The notes below the pieces were generated by a model. The model did no database searches. It had not been told where the DNA came from and was given only the letters and a program-made list of their open reading frames with translations. Made by a program: the position numbers and the translations under genes. Shown in pieces: positions 39,709 through 49,320 of a stretch of 64,000 nt of DNA (positions are counted from its first letter, which is position 1; each line of letters opens with the position of its first letter). The DNA comes from an uncultured Acidimicrobiia bacterium (GTDB taxonomy: Bacteria; Actinomycetota; Acidimicrobiia; IMCC26256; JAENVU01), in NCBI GenBank assembly GCA_963770095.1, contig CAVYOO010000003.1:432681-496680 (forward strand), given 5' to 3'.

Positions 39709-41235
39709 ATGAGGCCCCGGATCAACGAAGAGGAGTTCGACCGGCGGTTCGCCAAGGTCGAGAAGCTGCGCGCCACGGGGCTCGATCCCTACCCCGTGCG
39801 CTTCGACCGGGACCGGACGATCGGCGAGCTGCGCGACGAGTTCGGTGACCTGGGCGAGGGCGAGGAGACCGACGTCTCCGTCAAGGTCGGGGGCCGGCTC
39901 CTCTTGATCCGCCGGCAGGGGAAGCTGACGTTCGCGACGCTGCGCGACGGCACCGGCGAAGTGCAGCTCTTCGTTTCACAGAAGGTCATCGGCCCGGAGG
40001 GCCACGATGCCTTCGACGATCTCGATCTGGGCGACTGGGTCGGCGTCGAGGGAACCGTGATGACGACACGCAAGGGCGAGCTGAGCGTGAAGGTCCGAGA
40101 GTTCGCGCTGCTGTCGAAGGCGCTGCGCCCGTTGCCGAAGTGGCACGGTCTCTCTGATGTCGATACTCGCTACCGGCAGCGGTACGCCGATCTCGTCGTC
40201 AACGAGAGTGCCCGGCGCGTGTTCGAGATCCGTTTCACCGCGCTCAACGCGATCCGGGAGTTCCTCGCGGCACGCGGCTACATCGAGGTCGAAGGCCCGG
40301 TGTTGCACGAGCAGGCCGGCGGCGCGACCGCGCGCCCCTTCTTCACCCACCACAACACGCTCGACCTCGATCTCGTGCTGCGCATCGCGCTCGAGCTGCA
40401 CCTCAAGCGGCTGATCGTCGGCGGGTTCGAGAAGGTGTTCGAGATCGGGCGCGTCTTTCGCAACGAAGGACTGTCGACGCGGCACAACCCGGAGTTCACG
40501 ATGCTCGAGCTCTACGAAGCATTCGTGGACTACACGGACATCATGGTCCTCACCGAGGAGATGGTCGCGCACGCGGCCCGGGCGTCGATCGGCGGCACGG
40601 CCGTCACGTTCGACGGAGAGCCGCTGGACCTCGCGCCGCCGTGGCGCCGGCTCACGATGCGCGAAGCGATCCTCGAGCACGCCGGGGTCGACGTGCATCC
40701 CTCGATGCCGGTCGCGGAGATGGAGGCGATCGCCGACCGGTTCGAGGTCCCGCGCGAGCCGGGCTGGGGCGCCGGGAAGCTCATGCTCGAGCTCTACGAG
40801 AAGACGACGGAGCACCGGCTCCGGGGCCCGGTGTTCGTCATCGACTACCCGCGCGAGGTCTCGCCGCTCGCCCGGGAGCACCGCGACGACCCGTTGCTCG
40901 TCGAGCGGTTCGAGGTGATCGTGGGGGGCCGCGAGCTGGCGAACGCGTTCAGCGAGCTCAACGACCCGGTGGACCAGCGGCGCCGGTTCGAGGCCCAGGC
41001 CCGGCTCAAGGAGCTCGGCGACGCCGAGGCGAACGACGTCGACGAGGACTACCTGCGGGCCATGGAGTACGGCATGCCGCCGACCGGCGGCCTGGGGGTC
41101 GGGATCGACCGTTTGATCATGCTGCTCGCTGGAGTCTCTAGCATTCGTGAGGTGATCCTCTTCCCGCTGCTGCGTCCCGAGCACGATGACGACGAAGCGC
41201 GCGACGACGAAGCCCTGAACCTGGACGCCGACTGA
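39709..41235 (+). CDS. lysS: Lysine--tRNA ligase (class II)
   Basis: ATG 39709. OB anticodon-binding domain, FRNEGLSTRHNPEFTMLELY (motif 2) and GGLGVGIDRLIMLL (motif 3). Confidence 0.92.
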   Translation: MRPRINEEEFDRRFAKVEKLRATGLDPYPVRFDRDRTIGELRDEFGDLGEGEETDVSVKVGGRLLLIRRQGKLTFATLRDGTGEVQLFVSQKVIGPEGHDAFDDLDLGDWVGVEGTVMTTRKGELSVKVREFALLSKALRPLPKWHGLSDVDTRYRQRYADLVVNESARRVFEIRFTALNAIREFLAARGYIEVEGPVLHEQAGGATARPFFTHHNTLDLDLVLRIALELHLKRLIVGGFEKVFEIGRVFRNEGLSTRHNPEFTMLELYEAFVDYTDIMVLTEEMVAHAARASIGGTAVTFDGEPLDLAPPWRRLTMREAILEHAGVDVHPSMPVAEMEAIADRFEVPREPGWGAGKLMLELYEKTTEHRLRGPVFVIDYPREVSPLAREHRDDPLLVERFEVIVGGRELANAFSELNDPVDQRRRFEAQARLKELGDAEANDVDEDYLRAMEYGMPPTGGLGVGIDRLIMLLAGVSSIREVILFPLLRPEHDDDEARDDEALNLDAD

Positions 41236-42206
41236 TGCGCGTGCTCGTCACCGGAATGGGCGGCGAGCTCGGTACCCGCGTCGCGCAGCTGCTCGAGGAG
41301 CGCACCGAGGTTCGGGAGATCATCGGCGTGGACTTCGTGCCGCCGCGTCGTCGCCTCCGCCGCAGTGAGTTCCGCCGCGTGGACCCGCGCGACCGCGAGA
41401 AGCTCACCGACCTCGTGACCGAATTTGCGCCGACGGCTGTCGCGCACTTCGGCGTCTACGAACCCGCATCGCGCGTCGCGCCACGGCTCGCAGCTGAGTA
41501 CACGCACGCCTGCACCGTCGCCGCACTCGGTGCCGCGGCGCGCACGGGAAAGCTCGAACGGGTGGCCCTGCGCAGCGGCCTGGTCGTCTACGGCAGGGGT
41601 CGGGGCCGTCCGGGAGTCCCGGACGAGACCGCACCGGTCGCGCCCACGACGCCGTACGGACGGACCTGTCTCGACGTCGAGGCGATGGCGGTGGATCTCG
41701 GTCGCCGCCACGGGTTCCCCGTCGCCGCGTTGCGGATGGCGCCCGAGGCCGGCTCGCACGTCCCCGCGCCGCTCGGGCGGTTGCTGAGGCTGCCGGTCGT
41801 CCCGGTCCCCGCGCTCACGGACCCGGTGTTCCAGCTGCTGCACCAAGAGGATGCGGCGCGCGCAATGGTCGCCGCGCTCATGCTCGGCGCCGACGGCCCG
41901 CTCAACATCGTCGGCCCGGGCGCGGCCAGCGTGTGGCAGGCCGTGCGCCTCGGCGGACGGATCCCGTGGCCGGTGTTCGGGCCCGGGTGGCGGGTGGCGA
42001 CGAGGGTCGCCGAGGTTGCCGGTGCGCCGGTGCCGCCACAGATCCTCGAGCTCATGACGAAGGGTCGCTGCGCGGACGGCTCGAAGGCGATCGAGTTGTT
42101 GGGGCTGGGGACGATGCGGCCGACCCAGGAGGTCTGCACCGAGATGTTCGAATGGGCCAAGGTCACGCCACTCCGGCCCACCCTCCCCCTGGCGCAGGCG
42201 CAATGA
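41235..42206 (+). CDS. NAD-dependent epimerase/dehydratase (SDR) family protein
   Basis: MRVLVTGMGGELGTRVAQLL Rossmann motif; 323 aa; ATG overlaps the lysS stop. Confidence 0.7.
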   Translation: MRVLVTGMGGELGTRVAQLLEERTEVREIIGVDFVPPRRRLRRSEFRRVDPRDREKLTDLVTEFAPTAVAHFGVYEPASRVAPRLAAEYTHACTVAALGAAARTGKLERVALRSGLVVYGRGRGRPGVPDETAPVAPTTPYGRTCLDVEAMAVDLGRRHGFPVAALRMAPEAGSHVPAPLGRLLRLPVVPVPALTDPVFQLLHQEDAARAMVAALMLGADGPLNIVGPGAASVWQAVRLGGRIPWPVFGPGWRVATRVAEVAGAPVPPQILELMTKGRCADGSKAIELLGLGTMRPTQEVCTEMFEWAKVTPLRPTLPLAQAQ

Positions 42207-42895
42207 CCGCGGAGGTGCCGAGCGTCTCGGTGCTGCCGGTCTACGGGGTGGATCCGGACCGGACGCAGTCGACCGATCTCGTGACCGTGGTCCGTCGCCG
42301 CATCGAGGGTCGCTATCCCGTTGATCCCTTCGGCGCCGACCCCCAGATGCAGGATCTGATCGCACCGTTCGTGACCGCCACGGTCCACGTGCAGGTCGAT
42401 CACCCGGAGCGGTTCCCGAGCGATGGGCCGGCGGTTCTCGTCTCGAACCGCGGTCTGGGCGTGTTCGAGCCGGCCGCGCTCGCGGTGGCGCTCCGCCAGG
42501 AGGCCGGCCGCCGGCTCCGGGTCGTCGGCGCCCCGGACTTCCCGGTCGTCGGTGACCTGATGCGCAAGCTCGGGGCCGTGATGTCGTACCAGGGTGATCT
42601 CGCGGCGCTGCTCAGAGCCAACCACGTGGCGGCGATCCCGCTCGGGCCGACCTGGCTCCGTACCGGGGCCGGGACCCCACCGATGCAGCTGCTGGTCGCC
42701 GCCCTGGGCTATCCGGTCATCCCCGTGGCCGTCCGCCCCGGCGGCCCGTTCGGGCTGCCCCTGCGGCCCTGGAGGGTGGCGGTGGGCGAGCCGCTCCCGG
42801 TGCGGGCCACACGAGGTTCGGGCGACCCGTTGGCCGCCGCAGAGATGGCCGAAGCGGCGCGCGAGACCGTCCAACGCCTCATCGACGGCTTGTAG
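42203..42895 (+). CDS. PlsC-like (lysophospholipid) acyltransferase family protein with a non-canonical motif I
   Basis: ATG 42203 overlaps the upstream stop. GPAVLVSNRGLGVFEPAAL sits where NHxSxxD is expected (His to Arg, Asp to Glu). Overall PlsC-like length and layout. Confidence 0.5.
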   Translation: MTAEVPSVSVLPVYGVDPDRTQSTDLVTVVRRRIEGRYPVDPFGADPQMQDLIAPFVTATVHVQVDHPERFPSDGPAVLVSNRGLGVFEPAALAVALRQEAGRRLRVVGAPDFPVVGDLMRKLGAVMSYQGDLAALLRANHVAAIPLGPTWLRTGAGTPPMQLLVAALGYPVIPVAVRPGGPFGLPLRPWRVAVGEPLPVRATRGSGDPLAAAEMAEAARETVQRLIDGL

Positions 42896-43012
42896 GCACC
42901 CCCCCCGTCAGAGTCGAGCGGTGGCGCAGAGTGGGTAGGTACGCGGTCTAAGGTGGGGTTCGCGTCCGCGAGCAACTCGCTTGCGGCAGTGGCGGACACG
43001 AAGGGGGCTTCG

Positions 43013-43858
43013 GTGTCGGAGGTGGTCGCCGGCGACGGTGTCACGATCCACTACGACGTCTTCGGTCGCCGTGACGGTCCACCGTTGCTGCTGATCCAGG
43101 GTCTCGGCACCGACTCCCGGGGCTGGGCGCTCCAACGCCTCGCCTTCGGGCGCAAGTACCGCTGCTACACGCTGGACAACCGGGGCACCGGCCGCAGTGG
43201 CCGCCCGGACGGGCCGTACTCCCTTGACCAGATGGCGCTCGACGCACTGGCGGTGCTCGATGCCGAGGGTGTGGAGCGGGCCCACGTAGTCGGCGCATCC
43301 ATGGGCGGGGTCATCGCGCAGATCATCGGGGTCCTCCATCCCCAGCGCGCCCGGTCGCTCGTGCTCGCGTGTACCGCGTGCCGCCATCATTCGTGGCGCC
43401 GCGAGCTCCTTGCGGAGTGGGCGGACGCGGTCGACGAAGGCGGGATGGCCGCACTCGGCGACGAAGCGCTCGAGTGGCTCGTCGGGCCCCGGTTGCGGAA
43501 GCGCTTCGGCATCTGGCTCAACCTGCTCGCGCGCATCGTGCTCCAGCAGCCGCCGGAACCGTTCATCGCCCAGGTCGGCGCGATCCTCGACGCGGCGGAC
43601 GACCTGCGGCTCGAGCTCGTGTCGGTTCGCGTCCCGACCCTGGTGATCACCGGATCGCAGGACTCGCTCACGCCGGTCGGCGACGCCGAGGAGCTCGCCG
43701 AGTTGATCCCGCACGCGCGTCTCGAGGTGCTCGGCGGCGCGGCCCACGGCCTGATGGTGGAAGCACCGAACGCGTTCAACGACGCGGTGCTCCGGTTCCT
43801 CGCGGACGTCGACGCGCTCGACGCGGCTATCGAAGAGCGCGCGGCCGAATCCGCCTGA
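43013..43858 (+). CDS. Alpha/beta hydrolase
   Basis: AAGGGGG Shine-Dalgarno before GTG 43013. HVVGASMGG nucleophile elbow, C-terminal GAAHGLMVEAP. The ORF track start 42953 is also possible. Confidence 0.75.
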   Translation: MSEVVAGDGVTIHYDVFGRRDGPPLLLIQGLGTDSRGWALQRLAFGRKYRCYTLDNRGTGRSGRPDGPYSLDQMALDALAVLDAEGVERAHVVGASMGGVIAQIIGVLHPQRARSLVLACTACRHHSWRRELLAEWADAVDEGGMAALGDEALEWLVGPRLRKRFGIWLNLLARIVLQQPPEPFIAQVGAILDAADDLRLELVSVRVPTLVITGSQDSLTPVGDAEELAELIPHARLEVLGGAAHGLMVEAPNAFNDAVLRFLADVDALDAAIEERAAESA

Positions 43859-43869
43859 CCCCTACTGGC

Positions 43870-43915
43870 TTCGGGGCGCGCACGCGTTGCCACAGCCCCC
43901 GACGTACGCCCCGAA
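43870..43915. terminator. Hairpin between convergent genes (possible bidirectional terminator)
   Basis: TTCGGGGCG (43870-43878) pairs perfectly with CGCCCCGAA (43907-43915); 28-nt loop. Lies between stops at 43858 (+) and 43928 (-). Confidence 0.4.
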
Positions 43916-43927
43916 ACGGGGTGTGGA

Positions 43928-44977
43928 TCAGGAGTCGCGGGCGACGAGGTTGTCGACGAGACGGCGCATTCCGGCGATCACCTCGGGGTCGAGTCCCTCG
44001 GTCGCGGCGAGCACCTTGTCGGCGCGAGCCGCCTGCTCGCGTGCCGCATCGAGCGCAGCATCGACCGCGCCGTCGGAGGTCGCGAGCTGGCGCGCCTCTT
44101 CGACCTGGTGGTCGTCGAGCTTGCGCCCGAGGAGATCGCGCAGCGCCGGAGTCCGGTCCAGGGCCAGGATCACCGGAAGCGTGTACACGCCTTCCATGAG
44201 GTCGTTTCCCGCGGGCTTTCCGAGCGACGCATCCGAGCCCGTGACGTCGAGCACGTCGTCCACGATCTGGAAGCACACGCCGAGGTTCTGGCCGAACTCG
44301 GTGAGCGCGTCGAGCGTCGGACTCTCGACCTCGGCAACCATCCCGCCGATGCGGCACGCCGTCGCGAACAGTGCTGCGGTCTTGCCGCCGATCGCGGAGT
44401 AGTAGATCTCCTCGGTGCGGTCGACGTCGAAGAGGTGTTGCAGCTCGAGCACCTGCCCGCGGCACAGCTCGCCGATCGTCTCCGCGAGGAGCGCGGCAAC
44501 GGGTGCACCCAACGACGCCGCGAGCTCCGATGCGCGCGCGAGGAGATAGTCGCCGGCAAGGATCGCGACGATGTTGCTCCAGCGCGCGTTCACGCTCGGA
44601 ACCCCGCGGCGGGTCTCCGCTTCGTCGATGACGTCGTCGTGGTACAGCGACCCGAGGTGCACGAGCTCCACGGCCACCGCGCCGGTGATCGCACTTTCCG
44701 ACGCAGGGCCGATGCCGTTCGCGGCGTATCCGGTGCAGAGGGTCAAGGCGGGGCGAAGGCGCTTGCCGCCGGCCTTCACGAGGTGGGCTGCGACCTCCCC
44801 GAGGAACGGGTCCTCGGAGCGGACCGCCGCGGCCAGCTCGGTCTCCACCCGCTCGAGATCGGTGGCCAGCGGCTCGACCCCGAGCGCGGCAAGCGGCTGC
44901 ATTTGCGCAGGGTACGGCGTCGTGGGAACAAACTCCAAGCCGGAAGCGTCCTTCTTCGTCCACACTTCCTGCACCAC
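43928..44977 (-). CDS. Polyprenyl diphosphate synthase (trans-isoprenyl diphosphate synthase family)
   Basis: First and second Asp-rich motifs LYHDDVIDEAETRRG and FQIVDDVLD. The start may be the internal ATG at 44900-44902 (minus strand; MQPLAALG). Confidence 0.85.
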   Translation of the reverse strand: MVQEVWTKKDASGLEFVPTTPYPAQMQPLAALGVEPLATDLERVETELAAAVRSEDPFLGEVAAHLVKAGGKRLRPALTLCTGYAANGIGPASESAITGAVAVELVHLGSLYHDDVIDEAETRRGVPSVNARWSNIVAILAGDYLLARASELAASLGAPVAALLAETIGELCRGQVLELQHLFDVDRTEEIYYSAIGGKTAALFATACRIGGMVAEVESPTLDALTEFGQNLGVCFQIVDDVLDVTGSDASLGKPAGNDLMEGVYTLPVILALDRTPALRDLLGRKLDDHQVEEARQLATSDGAVDAALDAAREQAARADKVLAATEGLDPEVIAGMRRLVDNLVARDS

Positions 44978-45071
44978 GCCCTACCTTCAGGTGGCCCAGT
45001 GACCCGCCGATGGGTAGAGCACGCAGCGTGGCGTAGAAAATGCCGCGTCGGTGCAAAACCGGCGTGGCCGA

Positions 45072-45077
45072 TACAAT
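45072..45077 (+). promoter_or_regulatory. Putative -10 hexamer TACAAT upstream of clpC
   Basis: Consensus-like TACAAT 31 nt upstream of the clpC GTG, in a locally AT-richer stretch (GTAGAAAATGCC...GCAAAACC). No experimental support. Confidence 0.3.
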
Positions 45078-45107
45078 GGTCGAAGTCGACGAGAGGCGGA
45101 TGCCACA

Positions 45108-47599
45108 GTGTTCGAGCGCTTCACCGACCGAGCACGACGTGTTGTGGTCTTGGCGCAGGAGGAAGCGCGCCTGCTCAACCACAACTACATCGGTACCGAG
45201 CACATCCTGCTCGGGCTGATCCACGAAGGCGAAGGAGTCGCCGCGAAGGCACTCGAGTCGCTCGGGATCTCCCTCGAGGCAGTGCGCGCGCAGGTGGAGG
45301 AGATCATCGGGCACGGCGGCTCCGCGCCGTCGGGCCACATCCCGTTCACTCCTCGCGCGAAGAAGGTGCTCGAGCTGTCACTCCGCGAGGCGTTGCAGCT
45401 CGGTCACAACTACATCGGCACCGAGCACATCTTGTTGGGATTGATACGCGAGGGCGAGGGAGTCGCCGCGCAGGTGCTCGTGAAGCTCGGTGCGGATCTC
45501 TCCCGCGTGCGTCAGCAGGTGATCCAGCTCCTCTCCGGCTATGCCGGGGGCAAGGAGGGCGCCGTCGCAGGGAGCCGGGCCCGGCGAGAGCGCGCCTTCC
45601 GGCTCACTCGTGCTCGACCAGTTCGGTCGCAACCTCACGCAGCTCGCGCGCGAGAAGAAGCTCGACCCGGTCATCGGGCGCGAGAAGGAGATCGAGCGCG
45701 TGATGCAGGTGCTCTCGCGCCGCACCAAGAACAACCCCGTGCTGATCGGTGAGCCCGGTGTCGGCAAGACCGCGATCGTCGAGGGCCTCGCGTCGGACAT
45801 CGTCGAGGGCGACGTGCCCGAGACGCTGGTCGGCAAGCAGCTCTACACCCTGGACCTCGGTGCCCTCGTCGCCGGGTCCCGGTACCGCGGTGACTTCGAG
45901 GAGCGCCTCAAGAAGGTGCTCAAGGAGATCCGCACCCGCGGGGACATCATCCTCTTCATCGACGAGCTGCACACGCTCGTCGGCGCGGGCGCGGCCGAAG
46001 GCGCGATCGACGCGGCCAGCATCCTCAAGCCGATGCTGGCTCGTGGTGAGCTGCAGACCATCGGAGCCACGACGCTCGACGAGTACCGCAAGCACCTCGA
46101 GAAGGATGCCGCGCTCGAGCGGCGCTTCCAGCCGATCAAGGTCGAGGAGCCGTCGGTCCCGCACACGATCGAGATCTTGAAGGGTCTGCGCGAGCGGTAC
46201 GAGAGCCACCACCGCGTCACGATCACCGACCAGGCGATCGTGGCCGCGGCGAATCTCGCCGACCGCTACATCTCGGACCGCCACCTTCCCGACAAGGCGA
46301 TCGACCTCATCGACGAGGCCGGCTCGCGCCTGCGCATCCGTCGCATGCAGGCACCGCCGGACTACCGCGAGCTCGAAGAGCAGATCTCGACCGTGCGCAA
46401 GAACAAGGAAGCGGCGATCGAGGGCCAGCAGTTCGAGTCCGCCGCGGCACTGCGCGACGAGGAGAAGGAGCTCCTCGAGCAGCGGGCCGCCAAGGAGACG
46501 GAGTGGAAGGCCGAAGGCGTCGACCTCTTCAACGAGGTGAACGAGGAGTCCGTCGCCGAGGTGCTCGCGATGTGGACCGGCATCCCGGTGTACAAGCTCA
46601 CCGAGGAGGAGACGGCCAAGCTCCTGCGCATGGAGGACGACCTGCACAAGCGGATCGTCGGCCAGAACGCAGCGGTCAAGGCCGTGTCGCAGGCGATCCG
46701 GCGCACCCGCGCCGGCCTCAAGGACCCGAAGCGCCCGTCCGGCTCGTTCATCTTCCTCGGCCCCTCGGGTGTGGGGAAGACCGAGCTCGCGAAGACGCTC
46801 GCAGAGTTCCTGTTCGGTGACGAGAGCTCGCTGATCCAGCTCGACATGTCCGAGTACATGGAGAAGCACACGGTCTCCCGTCTGGTCGGGTCGCCTCCGG
46901 GCTACGTCGGCTACGACGAAGGCGGCCAGCTCACCGAGGCGGTGCGGCGCAAGCCCTTCTCCGTCGTGCTCTTCGACGAGATCGAGAAGGCGCACCCGGA
47001 CGTGTTCAACGCCCTCCTGCAGATCCTGGAGGACGGCCGCCTCACGGACGCGCAGGGCCGCACGGTGGACTTCAAGAACACCGTGATCATCATGACCTCC
47101 AACCTCGGTACCGCCGATCTTCGCAAGGCGAACATCGGCTTCAGCCGGGCCGACGAGCAGCTCACGTACGAGAACATGAAGGGGAAGGTCACCGAAGAGC
47201 TCAAGCGGCACTTCCGTCCGGAGTTCCTCAACCGGATCGACGACGTGATCGTCTTCAGCGAGCTGAGCCAGGCCGAGGTCACCGAGATCGTCGACCTGCT
47301 GGTCAAGCGGGTGCAGACTCAGCTCGAAGGCCAGGGCCTCGTCCTGGAGCTCACCAACGACGCGAAGCTGCTGCTCGCCGACGAAGGGCTACGACCCCAC
47401 GCTCGGTGCTCGTCCGCTCCGGCGGGCGATCCAGCGCATGGTCGAGGACCCGCTCTCGGAGCGGATCCTGTGGAAGGAGTTCCACGCCGGCGAGACGATC
47501 ATGGTGGATGCGCTCGGGGACGAGATCGCGTTCCGGACGATCGAAGCGGTGGAGCCGCCGCCGGTGGAGCTGGCGGGCTCGGGGTCCGAGGGGCAGTAG
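45108..47599 (+). CDS. clpC: ATP-dependent Clp protease ATP-binding subunit ClpC, two frameshifts as given
   Basis: GTG 45108 [37 protein letters not shown] (double N-domain repeat). Walker A motifs [15 protein letters not shown] and [15 protein letters not shown]. Frame switch in the linker (45545-45600) and at about 47388 (gaaggg-c-tacgac). True C-terminus [27 protein letters not shown]...GSGSEGQ*. Confidence 0.92.
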
Positions 47600-47616
47600 C
47601 TCGAAGAACCTTTGAG

Positions 47617-47648
47617 GAAGCGGCGGATCCGTTCGGGTCCGCCGCTTC
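47617..47648 (+). terminator. Intrinsic terminator-like hairpin after clpC
   Basis: GAAGCGGCGGATCC-GTTC-GGGTCCGCCGCTTC: a 14-bp stem (one G-U pair) with a tetraloop, 18 nt after the clpC stop, followed by TT. Confidence 0.65.
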
Positions 47649-47751
47649 TTCGCGGTGCGGCGCGGTTCGCGGGTTGAGCCGGGTCCGGCGACGGTGCCCC
47701 CTTCCACTCGGGTCTGGATCGCTCCCTCGGAGAAGAGAGGGGAAGAGGGAG

Positions 47752-48510
47752 GTGGGCTGGCAGACTCGGTCGGTGCGGAGGTTGGCAGTTCTTGTCGCGA
47801 TCGTGGCGGTCGGGTTGGCCGGGTGTCGGGTTGATGCGGACGTGACGGTGGCGGTTCGAGATGACGGGTCGGGGACGGTCACGGCGCGGGTGCGGTTGGA
47901 TGCGGCGGCGGTACGGGCGGCGGAGTCGAGCGGGGTGGATCTGGAGGCGGCGGTCCAGCTGGACGACCTGACGGCTGCGGGGTGGCGATCCTCGGGATGG
48001 AAGCGGAGCGGTGGCGGCGCGGTGCTCACGATGTCGAAGGGGTTTGCCCGGGCGCAAGACGCAGGCGCGGTCGTCGCGGAGCTGAACGGGACGGACGGAC
48101 CGCTACGGGCGGTGCGCGTGACGCGCGCGACGTCGACGTTCCGGACCGAGTGGTCGTTCTCGGCGGTCGCGGACCGCAAGGAGCTCAAGACGGGTATCGG
48201 CAGCGACCCCGACCTGTTGTCCCGGCTGACGGCTGAACGGATCGATGTCGCGGCCCTCGACCAGCGGCTTCTGGTGGACACGCAGGCCGCACTGCGGCTG
48301 AAGGTGACCGCGGATCTTCCGAAGGCGTCGGCTCAGGTCTTTCCCGTGCCTCCGGGCAAGACCGTGGCGATGCACACGAGCTCGAGCGACACCGCGACGG
48401 GTCGCATCGCGATGCTCGCTGTCGGTGTCGTCATCGGGGTCTTTGCAATCCTGATCCTGGTGGCCGGCGAGCTCCGATCCCGCCGCCGCCGCCGTCACGC
48501 CCACGCGTAG
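47752..48510 (+). CDS. Lipoprotein with C-terminal TM anchor (hypothetical)
   Basis: GGAAGAGGGAGG before GTG 47752. Signal peptide with lipobox [16 protein letters not shown]-terminal helix [21 protein letters not shown] and an RRRRR tail. Confidence 0.65.
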   Translation: MGWQTRSVRRLAVLVAIVAVGLAGCRVDADVTVAVRDDGSGTVTARVRLDAAAVRAAESSGVDLEAAVQLDDLTAAGWRSSGWKRSGGGAVLTMSKGFARAQDAGAVVAELNGTDGPLRAVRVTRATSTFRTEWSFSAVADRKELKTGIGSDPDLLSRLTAERIDVAALDQRLLVDTQAALRLKVTADLPKASAQVFPVPPGKTVAMHTSSSDTATGRIAMLAVGVVIGVFAILILVAGELRSRRRRRHAHA

Positions 48511-48518
48511 GCAGACTC

Positions 48519-48568
48519 GTTTCGGGGCGTCTCACCGTCGTCATAGCGACGGTGTTGCACCCCGAAAC
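48519..48568. terminator. Nested hairpin at a convergent gene junction
   Basis: Outer stem GTTTCGGGG / CCCCGAAAC (9 bp) and inner stem CACCGTCG / CGACGGTG (8 bp, loop TCATAG). The right half overlaps the last codons of the minus-strand HAD gene. Confidence 0.45.
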
Positions 48569-49155
48569 CAGTGGGGGAACTCGAGGAGGGAGTCGAGCAC
48601 GACGTCGGCGCCGCACGCCGCCAGCTCGGCGGCCGAGAACGGGCCGCTCGGGACGCCGACCGCGATCGCACCCGCGAGGCGCGCCGCCTCGATGTCCGGC
48701 GGTGTGTCGCCGACGTAGATCCCTGCGCCGCGTTCGGCGAGGGTCTCACCCTTCTGCGGACCGTGGCGCGAGCCCACGACGTCGTCGACATCGAGGTCGG
48801 TGTGCGCGAGGCAGAGCCACACGTTCGGCTCGAACTTCGCGGTGACGACGAGCGTCCGCCCGCGAGCCGCGCGGACCGCGTCGAGGGCGTCCGCCGCGCC
48901 GGGCAGCGCGGAGGCACCTTTGATGCCGAGCTCCGCGTACAGCTCGCGGTAACGGTCGGCGAGTGCGGCGATCTGCCCGGCCGGCACCCAGTGCGCCAGC
49001 TCCTGTTCGAGGGGCGGACCGAGGCGTGCCACCACGACATCGGGGTCGATCACCACCCCGGTCTCCGCGACGAGGGCGCGGAACGTGGCGTGGATCCCGG
49101 GTCGCGAGTCGATAAGGGTCATGTCGAGATCGAAGCCGACGACCAGGTGGTCCAT
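48541..49155 (-). CDS. HAD-superfamily hydrolase (phosphoglycolate-phosphatase-like)
   Basis: VGFDLDMTLIDS (DxDxT), VVTAK, YVGDTPPDIEAA motifs. Confidence 0.8.
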   Translation of the reverse strand: MDHLVVGFDLDMTLIDSRPGIHATFRALVAETGVVIDPDVVVARLGPPLEQELAHWVPAGQIAALADRYRELYAELGIKGASALPGAADALDAVRAARGRTLVVTAKFEPNVWLCLAHTDLDVDDVVGSRHGPQKGETLAERGAGIYVGDTPPDIEAARLAGAIAVGVPSGPFSAAELAACGADVVLDSLLEFPHWFRGATPSL

Positions 49156-49292
49156 CGAGCGACGCTACCGGTTCCAGGCCACCACGGACCGAGGCTTTCG
49201 GTGGCGTTTGAACACGCCCGGGCGTGTCGAAGTGACACCGAAACGAGGGCGTTCAGGACTCGGGGACCCGGTCGGGCCACCGTCCGCAACGG

Positions 49293-49314
49293 TGTCCCAC
49301 CCTCGGGCTACTCT
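49293..49314 (+). promoter_or_regulatory. Putative radA promoter: TGTC element, 8-nt spacer, TACTCT (-10), implying a leaderless mRNA
   Basis: TACTCT (49309-49314) ends 7 nt before the radA ATG. TGTCCCAC lies exactly 8 nt upstream, partly matching the mycobacterial RecA-independent DNA-damage promoter pattern TGTCRGTG-N8-TAnnnT. Confidence 0.3.
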
Positions 49315-49320
49315 CGCCCT

